A stretch of 64,000 nucleotides of DNA. It comes from Vampirovibrionaceae bacterium NZW_1234. Its GTDB lineage: Bacteria > Cyanobacteriota > Vampirovibrionia > Vampirovibrionales > JAGQHJ01. The notes under the pieces are model-generated. The model ran no database searches. It was not told where the DNA came from and was given only the letters and a program-made list of their open reading frames with translations. Position 1 is the stretch's first letter. Each line of letters opens with the position of its first letter. Positions 19,264 to 29,257 of this stretch are shown in pieces. The position numbers and the translations under genes are program-made. The stretch spans positions 96,001-160,000 of the forward strand of contig JBGUGD010000025.1 in NCBI GenBank assembly GCA_041697335.1, read 5' to 3'.

Positions 19264-20262
19264 ATGATTGCGTCACCCTATGCACCCGAAGTCTATGTCA
19301 CCTTAAAAGGTATGAAGAATCAGGTTGCCGCGCTGGCCCGCCAAGCCAATGCACCGATTGTAGAAATCGATCCGGATCTTCCCTATTTTATCCAATTGAT
19401 GGATATCGATCCTCGTTCAGAGTTGGTTATTGCACTTTCAGATCGGATTAACAAGCAGCGAAGCCTGGAATTTCGGGATAAAATATTTCGAACGAATGCT
19501 GCTCGTAAGATTTACAGGCAGACCTATCTCTATAATTCCTGGGTTTGGGGAACCAATGCCTTAACCAACCGGGAGCGGTTTTTGGCCGGTCACCTGATCA
19601 CGGACCTGAAAAAACGCAGTGATGCTAAGGTGGCCATTGTCGTTGGGAATGGACCTTCTTTAAAAAGTTTTACGCAGCCTGTTTCAAATGCCGAAATATT
19701 TACCTGTTGGCATGCTTTATCCAAATTGCAGGCCAACAACATCGATCCGAATTACGTCATGCACATTGATGTTGCGCCGCCCTCTCAGGATTTCGAGATA
19801 ACTGCTTTACCCGCATCTACACCCATTATTGCCACGCCAACGGCTGCCCCCCAGTTTCTTGAGCAGTATTCTGAAAATCCCTTGTATGGGTATTTCAGTC
19901 AGGAAGTCGTTTTCCATTCCTGGTTTGCCAAACAACGTAATATTGCGGAGCACGAGGCTATTGACGGTACTGTTGTGACAGGGATGGTTAGAGCTGCCAT
20001 TTATGCGGGTTATCGCAATATCGCCTTAATTGGTGTGGATTTGGGCGATCCGGTGACCGGCAACAAAGACGAGGTTATTCTGGAAAAGAATCAATTTGGT
20101 CATGAAATTTCCACCAGCCCGGTCTATATGACCTATAAAGAAGGCCTGGAGTATCTTGCATCATCGAAGCCGGAGGTGCGGTTTTATAACTTAAGTCAGA
20201 TTGGGTTAGATCTGGCGGGTTTTAAGCCCGTTACCTGGGATGGCTTATTAACCCTTCAGTAA
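19264..20262 (+). CDS. DUF115 / MAF (motility-associated factor)-like glycosyltransferase
   Basis: AIVVGNGPSL, IDPNYV, GTV, AIYAGYRNIALIGVDL, FYNLS. Confidence 0.75.
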   Translation: MIASPYAPEVYVTLKGMKNQVAALARQANAPIVEIDPDLPYFIQLMDIDPRSELVIALSDRINKQRSLEFRDKIFRTNAARKIYRQTYLYNSWVWGTNALTNRERFLAGHLITDLKKRSDAKVAIVVGNGPSLKSFTQPVSNAEIFTCWHALSKLQANNIDPNYVMHIDVAPPSQDFEITALPASTPIIATPTAAPQFLEQYSENPLYGYFSQEVVFHSWFAKQRNIAEHEAIDGTVVTGMVRAAIYAGYRNIALIGVDLGDPVTGNKDEVILEKNQFGHEISTSPVYMTYKEGLEYLASSKPEVRFYNLSQIGLDLAGFKPVTWDGLLTLQ

Positions 20263-20411
20263 CGCGTAACGAATTCTTAAAAAAATTGCTTGACAGGAAT
20301 TCTGTTTATTTAATGAATACTCAGAATTTCTCAATCAAGGCTTTTCTTCTGAAAAAGATTGCAGTAAAAAGGCCCAGATTTCACGGAAAGTAGAGACCTA
20401 TCCAGCTTAAA

Positions 20412-21665
20412 TTGAAATATTTCTTTACGAAAACGCAATTTCCAAAGTGTAGCAACTTAATTCCAATGTCCCAAAGACAATCCCCTCTTTCCCCCACCAA
20501 CACGACCTTGGAGTTTAATTGCATGATGGAAGAATATAGGTTAAAACCTGCTTCCGGCTTAAAAGAGAAGATATTAATTAGTTTCAAGACACTGGCAATT
20601 CTCTTGATACTGGGTATCTCCCTATTGGCAACGACACCGCTGGTATCATGGGCAAATCCTTCACCTGAACAAGTTGAGCTACAAACCATCCAGGGGAAGA
20701 TTGAGTATAACGATAACAACTACCGTGTTGGCCCTGGGGATATTTTAAGTTTTCAAGTCTATCACCAGCCGGATATGGGACAAGCCGATATTTTGGTACG
20801 ACAGGACGGCAATGCGAGCTTTAATGGCATTGGCGAACTCAACGTCGCAGGGTTGACCGTGGATGAAATTACCCAAGCGTTATCGTTCCGTATCGCTGAA
20901 TTGGTTCGGGACCCCATTGTCACGGTAACAATTTCTCAAACGCGACCTGCCACAATATACTTAGCCGGAGCGGTACTTCACCCTGGCATGTATCAGATGA
21001 ATACGAACCAGGCTAAAGGGGTTAATGCAGGCACAACGGCCAATGCCCGTATCGATATGCGGGTGTCCAATATTTTGGCCAACAGTGGGGGAGTGCAACT
21101 CAATGCGGACTTGACCAATGTGGAAGTCCGACGGGGTGGAAAAATTAGCGAGACGAAACGAATCAATCTATGGAAAGTTTTAAAAGAAGGTGCCCGGGAA
21201 CAGGACATCTGGGTCCAATCCGGGGATACCATTTATGTTCCAGCCCTAGACAAAATTGCGATGAGCGAGGCAGATTACAATCTGTTACTCTTGTCTGCCA
21301 TTGGGCCTGGAACATTTCCAGTTAGGGTTATTGGTGAGGTGAATACGCCGGGTGTGTTCGACCTTGGTGGCACGTCCCCTTATCTGGCTTCGGCAATTGC
21401 CAAGGCTGGTGGGTATAAATACAGTGCCAACAAGAAAATGATCGCCATCCGGCGTTTTACCCCCAATAACAGTTCCACAACATTGTTCGTGGAACCGGAA
21501 AAGGAAGACGTAACTTTAAGGCCGAATGACGTGATATTTATATCCGAAAATAAAATTTATGCTGCTGGGCGCTTTATGGAGACCGTGTCCAAAGTCTTTT
21601 CTCCCATTACCAGCGCGGGATCTGCATTATTCTCGTTCGGCTGGATTATGGGCGCAGGGAGGTAA
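20412..21665 (+). CDS. wza: Wza-like polysaccharide export protein (Poly_export plus SLBB domains)
   Basis: YRVGPGDIL, VRQDG, GEL.VAGLT, V.GEV..PG, L.PNDVI, C-terminal amphipathic helix. True start is probably downstream (20466 or 20523). Confidence 0.88.
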   Translation: MKYFFTKTQFPKCSNLIPMSQRQSPLSPTNTTLEFNCMMEEYRLKPASGLKEKILISFKTLAILLILGISLLATTPLVSWANPSPEQVELQTIQGKIEYNDNNYRVGPGDILSFQVYHQPDMGQADILVRQDGNASFNGIGELNVAGLTVDEITQALSFRIAELVRDPIVTVTISQTRPATIYLAGAVLHPGMYQMNTNQAKGVNAGTTANARIDMRVSNILANSGGVQLNADLTNVEVRRGGKISETKRINLWKVLKEGAREQDIWVQSGDTIYVPALDKIAMSEADYNLLLLSAIGPGTFPVRVIGEVNTPGVFDLGGTSPYLASAIAKAGGYKYSANKKMIAIRRFTPNNSSTTLFVEPEKEDVTLRPNDVIFISENKIYAAGRFMETVSKVFSPITSAGSALFSFGWIMGAGR

Positions 21666-21670
21666 TATAA

Positions 21671-23779
21671 GTGACGTATTCTTTTATTCCCCTTCGGTAT
21701 GAGCGAATTACTTTTTTACCTCAGGAAAACCAGCCCCAGTCCCCATTAAATGCAGTGGTGGATACGCTAGCCCATGAAATTCCGCAACATCCTCAGCAAG
21801 ATGATGAGACGGAGCCTGTATTGTCCGACACGGATGTGAGTGAAGTTGTGAGCAAACCTGCCAGTATGGATAGGGAGCTGGTAGATGATGAAATATCAAG
21901 TATTGATGAGGAAAGTATTAAATCACCCTCCCCGTATCAAAACGCCGAACAACCTGCATTACCAGGAACCTCTCAACAGCAAGATGCCTCTTTGGATCTT
22001 ATTGTCGATAATACCCCGTATCAGCAGGATACTGAAAGACCCTTAAGCTGGTTTAAACGTCTCAGACCGGACTTTCGCGTTGCTGTAGTTCTGATGCTTA
22101 TTGTCTGGGGATGGGCTTTGATTTATGGGTGCTTCGGCTATCAGCCCAAATATGTTTCTCATTCAATGGTGCTGATTAAAGATTCAGCAATTACTGGGCG
22201 CTATGTTTTACCGGATCAATATTATGCGTTGCAAACGACCTCGTCCAGTGCTGCAAACCCTGTATTAAACACGATGGGGCTTTTAAAATCTGAATCCATC
22301 TCCAAGTCACTCTGGCTCTATTTCAAAAACAACCACCCGGAAGAATTGAAGCGCCTTAAGATTAAAACGTATGCCCAATGGGAAACCATGTATGGTACTG
22401 GTAAAAGCTACATCAAATCGAAGAATGAGCCGGGCACAGACTTGATCTCGGTTTATTTTACCTGGAACGACCCTAAAATGTCTCAGGAAGGCTTAAATGT
22501 TATTTTAAAAACGTTCAGTGATGCCAGCCTGAAATTGAATAAGGCCGAACAACGTAATCGCAGCAAATATCTCGAATACCGGGTTAAAGAGATAAATACC
22601 CAGTTGGAAAACCTGCGCCGGGAGAAGCGTGAATATAAAGATCAGGTTGGATCCATTAACTCGGATCCGAAAAATGAGGAACTGATCAAGGCCCAAATAG
22701 AAATTTCCAACCGTCTGAGCAGTACGTTGGCAGCAGCCGATGGAAAAGAGGCAGAGTATAAACGTTTTCAAACCATGTTGGGAATGACGCCGGAAAACGC
22801 ACTGACGGCGTCTGCAATTGGCCTTAATCCAACATTGTCCAAACTGCAAGATGACTACTATAAACTTTCTCAAAATTATGCCTTTGTCAAAGCCAGCTTA
22901 ACCGATAAGAATCCCAAAGTGCGTGAATTGCATGCCCAATTGGAAGAGATCGAGAAAAACCTCCGCTCGGAAACCGGACGTACTTTAGGGAAAGAAAGTA
23001 TCGCTTCACAACCTTCGGCAGCTGTTTCCGACACGACACGCGCCAAGGTAGTCAACCAAATGGTATCGGCTCAAGCTGAAACAATGCGGCTTCGTGCAGA
23101 GGCAGAAATCCTCAGTCGTCGTCTGGATGAGCTCAACCGACAAATTGATATTTTACCCACTGTGGAAGAACGCTTAACCAATATTGACGAGCAGGAAAAG
23201 TCATTGAGCAATGCGCTGTTTACGTTGCGACAAAAACAGTTGGAAGCACAAATGAAGGAAGCTGAAACGTTGAGCAACGTATTTATTGTGGATGCTCCCC
23301 ACTTGCCACGTAAAGAGAAATTTCCTAACCGCATTGCTGTTGTCTTACTTGGCATATTGGCCGGTATTGCTTCCGCTGGAGCTTTTATCGGCATTGCAAG
23401 AGCGGTTAGAGAAGCCTCCGGTAGTAGTTATTTATTGACGGTTTTTACAGGCCCTGCCGAGAATAATACAACAGCCCATGTTTTGGATAATGCTCATTCC
23501 GACTTTCAGGGACAATCTCACTCATTGTCCTCTCCTGTATCACCGGCTCTCATAGAGTCGAAAGTCAGAAATTGGATCTCCACCAATAACGATATGGACC
23601 AGTATCTTGATGACTTGTTTGACGGTAAACAGAACCCCAATGCTTCTGCTCACAATGCCGTAAGAGAGCAAGTATACTTATCGCTGCGCCACCAGACCCA
23701 GAGTTCCGCAAATCAATCTTCCTCACACGATGAAAAACAGAGTTTGGAAGAATACAGCCCTTCTCATTCCTTCTCCTAG
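21671..23779 (+). CDS. Wzc/GumC-like polysaccharide co-polymerase lacking the tyrosine-kinase domain
   Basis: TM helix, PKY.S, long coiled coil, P.V, IVDAPHLP....FPN, second TM helix; no Walker A motif after TM2. Confidence 0.82.
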   Translation: MTYSFIPLRYERITFLPQENQPQSPLNAVVDTLAHEIPQHPQQDDETEPVLSDTDVSEVVSKPASMDRELVDDEISSIDEESIKSPSPYQNAEQPALPGTSQQQDASLDLIVDNTPYQQDTERPLSWFKRLRPDFRVAVVLMLIVWGWALIYGCFGYQPKYVSHSMVLIKDSAITGRYVLPDQYYALQTTSSSAANPVLNTMGLLKSESISKSLWLYFKNNHPEELKRLKIKTYAQWETMYGTGKSYIKSKNEPGTDLISVYFTWNDPKMSQEGLNVILKTFSDASLKLNKAEQRNRSKYLEYRVKEINTQLENLRREKREYKDQVGSINSDPKNEELIKAQIEISNRLSSTLAAADGKEAEYKRFQTMLGMTPENALTASAIGLNPTLSKLQDDYYKLSQNYAFVKASLTDKNPKVRELHAQLEEIEKNLRSETGRTLGKESIASQPSAAVSDTTRAKVVNQMVSAQAETMRLRAEAEILSRRLDELNRQIDILPTVEERLTNIDEQEKSLSNALFTLRQKQLEAQMKEAETLSNVFIVDAPHLPRKEKFPNRIAVVLLGILAGIASAGAFIGIARAVREASGSSYLLTVFTGPAENNTTAHVLDNAHSDFQGQSHSLSSPVSPALIESKVRNWISTNNDMDQYLDDLFDGKQNPNASAHNAVREQVYLSLRHQTQSSANQSSSHDEKQSLEEYSPSHSFS

Positions 23780-23813
23780 TTCACAGGCACATTAGACTAA
23801 CCGGGTAGTTCCA

Positions 23814-25364
23814 ATGTCACGTTCGATGGTTACCGCCATAAAGCCGATTCAGCTGCTCAGTCCTCAGCAGTGTCCCTGGGTGTTGGTTATACTCTTGGGT
23901 GTATTGTTGCCAGTTATTTGTTATTGCTTGCTTCCGAGTCTGGGTGTCGAAGTTTTTCAAGAGAATTTGACATTAAATCATTTTGCCTTAGTGCTTTCAG
24001 CAATCATTGGCTGTTTACTCTATGTCCGGTATTTTCAAATTGTACTGACGTGCCCCGAAATACTTATGTTCGCCGTTTTAGTGGCCTGGCCGCTGATTGA
24101 ATGTGGTAATCAATATCTAATGCAATTGGCCGGAATTAACATTCACTTTCGGTTATTTGTAACGCTGCTGTTGGTGTTACCTGCATGTTGTTACTTTATC
24201 TTGTCATCCAAAGTGTTGGTACGCGTTCTACCCTATTTGAATATGTATCTGGTGTTTTACGCATGTCTGTTTGCTTATACGCTGTTCTATAATGCACATG
24301 CCGTTGATCCTCGGTGGGCACAGGAAGGTTCCTGGTCTGGGGGAGGGATTGATACGGTTCAGGCAACCGCGTATCTGAACTGCCTGGTGTCCATGGTGGT
24401 TTGTGCGGTTGCAATCCTGAGACATCCGAATGTCACTCACCTCTTTGATCGTTTTAACCGACTCTTCCTTGTGGTAACGGCCTTGACATCTTTGGTCGCG
24501 ATTGTTGGGTATCCATTTGGCTTTCTAAGTATGATGCTGGATGGCTTTAATCGCTCCTTTGGTATTTTTACGCAGCCAAACCCGTTTGCCCATCATCTTG
24601 GCATAGTCTTACTCTATTCGCTGGGCTTGTATTGCTATTATCAAGGTTCAAGGCGTATTCGTATACCAACATGGCTGATAGTTTGTAGTCTGGTTTTGAA
24701 TTTGTTGGCTTTTCTTTTAGCCCTCTCTAAAACGGCAATTGCATTACTGTTGGGATGTGGCTTCTTGCTGTTTGCGCTCAATCTGTCATCACCTGCTGTC
24801 AGACGGGTATTTGTACGACTTGTTCTGGCTTTGCTGGTGATGGTTCCCGTCGGTTTGGTTTTATTTCAGATTATTACAGAGCGCAGCTTTTTAGAACTCA
24901 TTCAAGCTCGCCTGGAACAAAAAGAAAGTATGAACTGGCGTCTTCAGATCTGGCAGGATCTGCTTGGCAGCATTGATCCTATCAACACGCTTTTTGGTCA
25001 TGGATTTACCTCTGCCAATACCTTGGTTTATCAAATGTCCTATAATGATCGCAAGAACGCTCAGCCGTTGATGTTGGTTCATAATGGCTATATTGCTTTG
25101 TTTTACGATATGGGGGTTCTGGGGCTCACACTGTTTATCAGCGCATTCATGTTAATGGGGCAAGCCTTAAAACGATATTGGGAAGCTGCATACCAGCAAA
25201 GCCGACCGCTTTTGACAACGGTTATTGTATTAACCATTTATTTTTTAGTGGCATGCGGTTTTGATGAAATGACCTATATGTTCGATGCCCCAATACAGTT
25301 CTGGTGTTTGTCTACCATACTCACCTGTGTGGCAATTCGAGAAGCTGGAGTTAAAAACTCATGA
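23814..25364 (+). CDS. Wzy/O-antigen-ligase-family polymerase
   Basis: Multi-pass membrane protein with RSFGIFTQPN, SKTA, WRLQIW, FGHG and HNGY. Confidence 0.88.
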   Translation: MSRSMVTAIKPIQLLSPQQCPWVLVILLGVLLPVICYCLLPSLGVEVFQENLTLNHFALVLSAIIGCLLYVRYFQIVLTCPEILMFAVLVAWPLIECGNQYLMQLAGINIHFRLFVTLLLVLPACCYFILSSKVLVRVLPYLNMYLVFYACLFAYTLFYNAHAVDPRWAQEGSWSGGGIDTVQATAYLNCLVSMVVCAVAILRHPNVTHLFDRFNRLFLVVTALTSLVAIVGYPFGFLSMMLDGFNRSFGIFTQPNPFAHHLGIVLLYSLGLYCYYQGSRRIRIPTWLIVCSLVLNLLAFLLALSKTAIALLLGCGFLLFALNLSSPAVRRVFVRLVLALLVMVPVGLVLFQIITERSFLELIQARLEQKESMNWRLQIWQDLLGSIDPINTLFGHGFTSANTLVYQMSYNDRKNAQPLMLVHNGYIALFYDMGVLGLTLFISAFMLMGQALKRYWEAAYQQSRPLLTTVIVLTIYFLVACGFDEMTYMFDAPIQFWCLSTILTCVAIREAGVKNS

Positions 25365-26935
25365 CAATGCATTCACGTATTATTATGGGAATGCTGAGCG
25401 GTGCGGGAAACATTGCTGTTAAAACGGCATTGAACATTTTGCTGATTCCGGTTCTTATTTATCATCTCGGTGTGGATAGTTATGGCCTTTTTGTTCTTCT
25501 AATTGGCATTTTAGAAATATCCACGATGTTGGATCTAGGTTTCACAGCGGCTATGGTTAAAGGGTTGGGTGAATATCGGCATGCCAAGCAGGTGAAGAAG
25601 GCACAAGAATTATTGACGATGGGACATGTGCTTTATGGCTTTCTCGCAGTGCTACTTTGTTGTGTTGGTTGGGGGTGGAGTCAGGACCTTATCAAACTTT
25701 TTCATGTCCCTGGCTCTTTGATGCAGGATGCCCATACAGCGTTATTAATCGCAATTGCAGAGGGGGCGATGACATTGTATACCACCTATTATCGCTCAGT
25801 GTTGCTCGTCCATTGTCAACACCAGTGGGTGAATCTCAGTGAGAGTTTGGGATTAATTCTTTCCACCGGGATCGGATTATTGCTGGTTGCTTCAGGACAA
25901 GGGTTGATTGCTTTAATGATCTGTCGTCTTGTTACCGTGGGGTTGCGAACGATTGTGCTGATTTTTCAGGCACATCGAGTGGAGCCATCCGTGCTATTGC
26001 CTCAAGAGTGTCCTAGCAGAAGGACCGTTTCCGAGGTTATTACGACAAGTTTCCATGCCATGATGGTTAACTTGAGCATTGTTATCTCACATAAGATTGA
26101 TACTTTTGTGATTGCGGCATTTTTACCCATAAAAATGGTTGGCTATTTTGAAATTGTTTACCGATTTCTATCCGTTGCGTCACAAGTGGCCGGAAAAGTC
26201 GCTGAAGTCGTTTTTCCGTTGTTCAGTCGCTATGCTGCCGAAGGCCAGGATCACGAAATGCGGTACTTATTCTTGCGCATGAGTTGTGTTCTCAATTTTA
26301 CTGTGGGGATCCTGATTTTAGGCATCTGTATTTTCTACCCTGAGCTTTTCCGTATTTTTTCTGCAGGTAAGATTCCATTTGAACCGACACTGCCTATCCT
26401 GGTACTTGCCATACCCTGTATTTGGAGTGGTGTCCTGCAATTGCCGTCGGGGTACTACCTCTTCGTTTCCGGTCGGCAACGTTACCTAACCCTTACAAGT
26501 ATACTGGCTGCCGTATTTAATTTAGGGTTTAGCCTTCTCCTGATTAAACCCTTGGGCATGCCTGGTGTCATTCTTGGGACATTGATCCCTCAGCTGATCC
26601 AACATCAGGCCGGTTTGATACGACAAACATGTAAGGGATTGGGAATTTCATTTAAAGCGTATTTTGAAGCTGTTTACCAGCCCAATATCTTCCCCCTGGT
26701 TGGGACTGTCTTATGGCTGTTAATGGCAAAAACGGTCATTTTTTCTCCCTCACTAACGTTCTGGCCAGTCGCCTTTGTATTGGCGTCCGGCTTGGTCTTT
26801 GGCACCACACTTTGGTTGGCCTATTGCATGAATGACCATGAAAAAATGTACGTGGAGGTCAATTTCGTCATGCCTCTACAGAAAAAACTGGGAACTCAAA
26901 GGCCATCTAACGATAAAAGGGTGACGCATGGCTAA
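25361..26935 (+). CDS. Wzx flippase
   Basis: Highly hydrophobic; LG.DSYG, LDLG, KIDTFVIA, VG.F, FPLFS. Confidence 0.88.
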   Translation: MTMHSRIIMGMLSGAGNIAVKTALNILLIPVLIYHLGVDSYGLFVLLIGILEISTMLDLGFTAAMVKGLGEYRHAKQVKKAQELLTMGHVLYGFLAVLLCCVGWGWSQDLIKLFHVPGSLMQDAHTALLIAIAEGAMTLYTTYYRSVLLVHCQHQWVNLSESLGLILSTGIGLLLVASGQGLIALMICRLVTVGLRTIVLIFQAHRVEPSVLLPQECPSRRTVSEVITTSFHAMMVNLSIVISHKIDTFVIAAFLPIKMVGYFEIVYRFLSVASQVAGKVAEVVFPLFSRYAAEGQDHEMRYLFLRMSCVLNFTVGILILGICIFYPELFRIFSAGKIPFEPTLPILVLAIPCIWSGVLQLPSGYYLFVSGRQRYLTLTSILAAVFNLGFSLLLIKPLGMPGVILGTLIPQLIQHQAGLIRQTCKGLGISFKAYFEAVYQPNIFPLVGTVLWLLMAKTVIFSPSLTFWPVAFVLASGLVFGTTLWLAYCMNDHEKMYVEVNFVMPLQKKLGTQRPSNDKRVTHG

Positions 26936-27980
26936 TCTCTTTCCGTTGGTGTCGATTATTATGCCCGCCTATAATGCGGCTGCACATATTGCTGAGGCAA
27001 TTGAGTCTGTCTTGGCGCAGAGCTATTCACATTGGGAGTTATGGATTATTGATGATGCCTCTCAGGACAATACTGACTCTGTCGTGTCTCAGTTTCTGGA
27101 CAGTCGCATCCGGTATCATCGCATTGAAAAACAAGGACGTGCCGGTGCTGTTAGAAATGTTGGACTCCGCCAAGCCCAAGGTGACCTGATTGCGTTCTTG
27201 GATGCCGATGATGTTTATTTCCCCGATGCTCTCGAAGCCCTCGTCACACCTTTCAAACTAAATCCCTCTTTGATTGCCGTTTATGGTTTTGCCAACTACA
27301 TGGATGAACATGGCAAACCAATCCCAACGATGGATCTGCTGCGTCCGGATCGTCAAGGGCAGTATCACTTGCCGAAAGGTTATGATCACAGTTGGCGTCA
27401 GATTATTACCGGCAATTTCTCCTGTATGCTGCCCGGCCTGATGCTACGGCGTGAAACCCTGGAAAGAATTGGTTACATCGACGAGACGTTTATCAGTGGG
27501 GAAGATTACGAATTTTATCTAAGGCTTTTCCTGGATAATCATAACCAGGTTCATTGTCTGCCCCGCTATATCTACCGTTACCGTGTCCACAGCCAGAGCC
27601 TGACCAAGTGTCCAGAACAGTATCAGGCGATTTTAGAGAGTTGCCTTGCGATTGCCGACAGTGTTTTTAGTAATCCCCGGATTCCAGATGAAGCTCTCTG
27701 TCATAAATCCATGGCCTATTGGGAATGTTTTCGCTATTTAGCCCGTGAGCGCCTTATTCATGGGCAACCTTCCATTGCAAGACATATTATTCTTCAAGCA
27801 TTCTGTCACCGTCAGGTTGCAACATCGACCTGGCTACTTAAAGGGCTTCCGTTATTCCTACGTACTTTACTGCCAACAGAATTTAATCATCATTTAATCT
27901 CAATTAAATGTAAGCTGAAACCACCTTGCGTAATGGGTTTATCCCGCCTTTCCAACATATTCTCAGGAGGATTGCTATGA
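26928..27980 (+). CDS. Glycosyltransferase family 2
   Basis: VSIIMPAYN, IDDASQD, RNVG, FLDADD, EDYEF. Confidence 0.93.
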   Translation: MANLFPLVSIIMPAYNAAAHIAEAIESVLAQSYSHWELWIIDDASQDNTDSVVSQFLDSRIRYHRIEKQGRAGAVRNVGLRQAQGDLIAFLDADDVYFPDALEALVTPFKLNPSLIAVYGFANYMDEHGKPIPTMDLLRPDRQGQYHLPKGYDHSWRQIITGNFSCMLPGLMLRRETLERIGYIDETFISGEDYEFYLRLFLDNHNQVHCLPRYIYRYRVHSQSLTKCPEQYQAILESCLAIADSVFSNPRIPDEALCHKSMAYWECFRYLARERLIHGQPSIARHIILQAFCHRQVATSTWLLKGLPLFLRTLLPTEFNHHLISIKCKLKPPCVMGLSRLSNIFSGGLL

Positions 27981-29164
27981 ACGCCCTTATGGCAGCGCCA
28001 ACAAGCACTCCTGGTTTAGGCGAGGTGTATCGGGCTCAGGTGGTCGACAGTCTCCAGGAGTTTGCTCAAATCCGTTCTCATTGGGATCATCTGATCCAAA
28101 ATTCGGGCCTGGACACCATTAACCTCGACTATTTATGGTTAAGTACCTGGATGGAGTCTTTTCCGAATCAATCGCTTTTTCTCATTCTGATTTATAATGA
28201 CCAGGATGAGCTGATAGCAGGTGCCCCTTTAAAGATCAGTCAGTCTCCATCGGGCCTGATGTGTCGACTATTACGCCATCTACAGTTTATAGGAACAGAC
28301 CCCTGTGTATACGATTGGATGGTTTTTCCCATGGTTCACAGTGCCAATGAAGCTCAGGTGATAGAAACACTAGCCAACTGCCTTTTCGAACATCGCACTC
28401 GCTGGGATCTCATGGATTTCAGATATTTGCAAAGTGAAACACAACTAGCGCATCTAAATCGAATCCTTTCTTCTTGGGGGAGACGTACCACACATCATGC
28501 CTCTATGGTGATTCCAACACGAGATCTCCCCGAGACTGTGGAAGAATATGAAGCATCGGTCAAGCATCGGGGATACAAACGTAATTTGAAGCGAATTCTG
28601 AATCAGATTCGTCGGGAGTTTAATGGTGAGCCCGTCGTTGTAGATGTTTTGGAAAATTCTCCCGAAACAATGGAGCAGATCGCCCTGTTTTTCGATCACC
28701 ATCGGACCTACTGGGCTTCCAAAGGCATAAAATGTGACCTGGAACGTTATCCCAATCTAGTCACGTTTTACCACCGTATTTATCAGGGTTTTGCCAAAGA
28801 CTTGAGCAATCCTAACAAGGTTTTATTTACGGTTTTGAAAATAGGAAGCCGGATTATCAGTTATAATTTCGATTTCCTTTCAGGAAAAAGCATTTGGGGC
28901 CACTTGTCCGGCTATGATCCCGCGTATCGCAAATATCGCCCCGGTGTGTTGCATATTGAACTATTGCTGCATTTTTCCATTCAAAATGGAATGTCGCGTT
29001 TTGAGTTTGGCAGAGGCGATCAATCCTACAAAGATCAATGGGCGAACCATCACATTCAACTATGGAATTTGATGCTCTGGAATACGCCATGGGCTTTTCT
29101 TTTCTGGAAAACGGATCAGGTACTCAAAAAATTAGTACGCAAGCCCTTGTTTTCATCGCAATAA
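27977..29164 (+). CDS. GNAT-family acyltransferase (CelD/BcsL-like, Acetyltransf_6)
   Basis: GYDPAYRKYRPG, FEFGRGDQSYKDQW; AGGAGG SD and ATGA overlap with the upstream stop. Confidence 0.88.
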   Translation: MNALMAAPTSTPGLGEVYRAQVVDSLQEFAQIRSHWDHLIQNSGLDTINLDYLWLSTWMESFPNQSLFLILIYNDQDELIAGAPLKISQSPSGLMCRLLRHLQFIGTDPCVYDWMVFPMVHSANEAQVIETLANCLFEHRTRWDLMDFRYLQSETQLAHLNRILSSWGRRTTHHASMVIPTRDLPETVEEYEASVKHRGYKRNLKRILNQIRREFNGEPVVVDVLENSPETMEQIALFFDHHRTYWASKGIKCDLERYPNLVTFYHRIYQGFAKDLSNPNKVLFTVLKIGSRIISYNFDFLSGKSIWGHLSGYDPAYRKYRPGVLHIELLLHFSIQNGMSRFEFGRGDQSYKDQWANHHIQLWNLMLWNTPWAFLFWKTDQVLKKLVRKPLFSSQ

Positions 29165-29257
29165 AGCATTACAAACGGCTCAAACTGCGCAATTTTGCTT
29201 TCTCAACAGTATTTATTGATATACAAACGCTATTATGAATTTGTGGATCGTAGGCCT

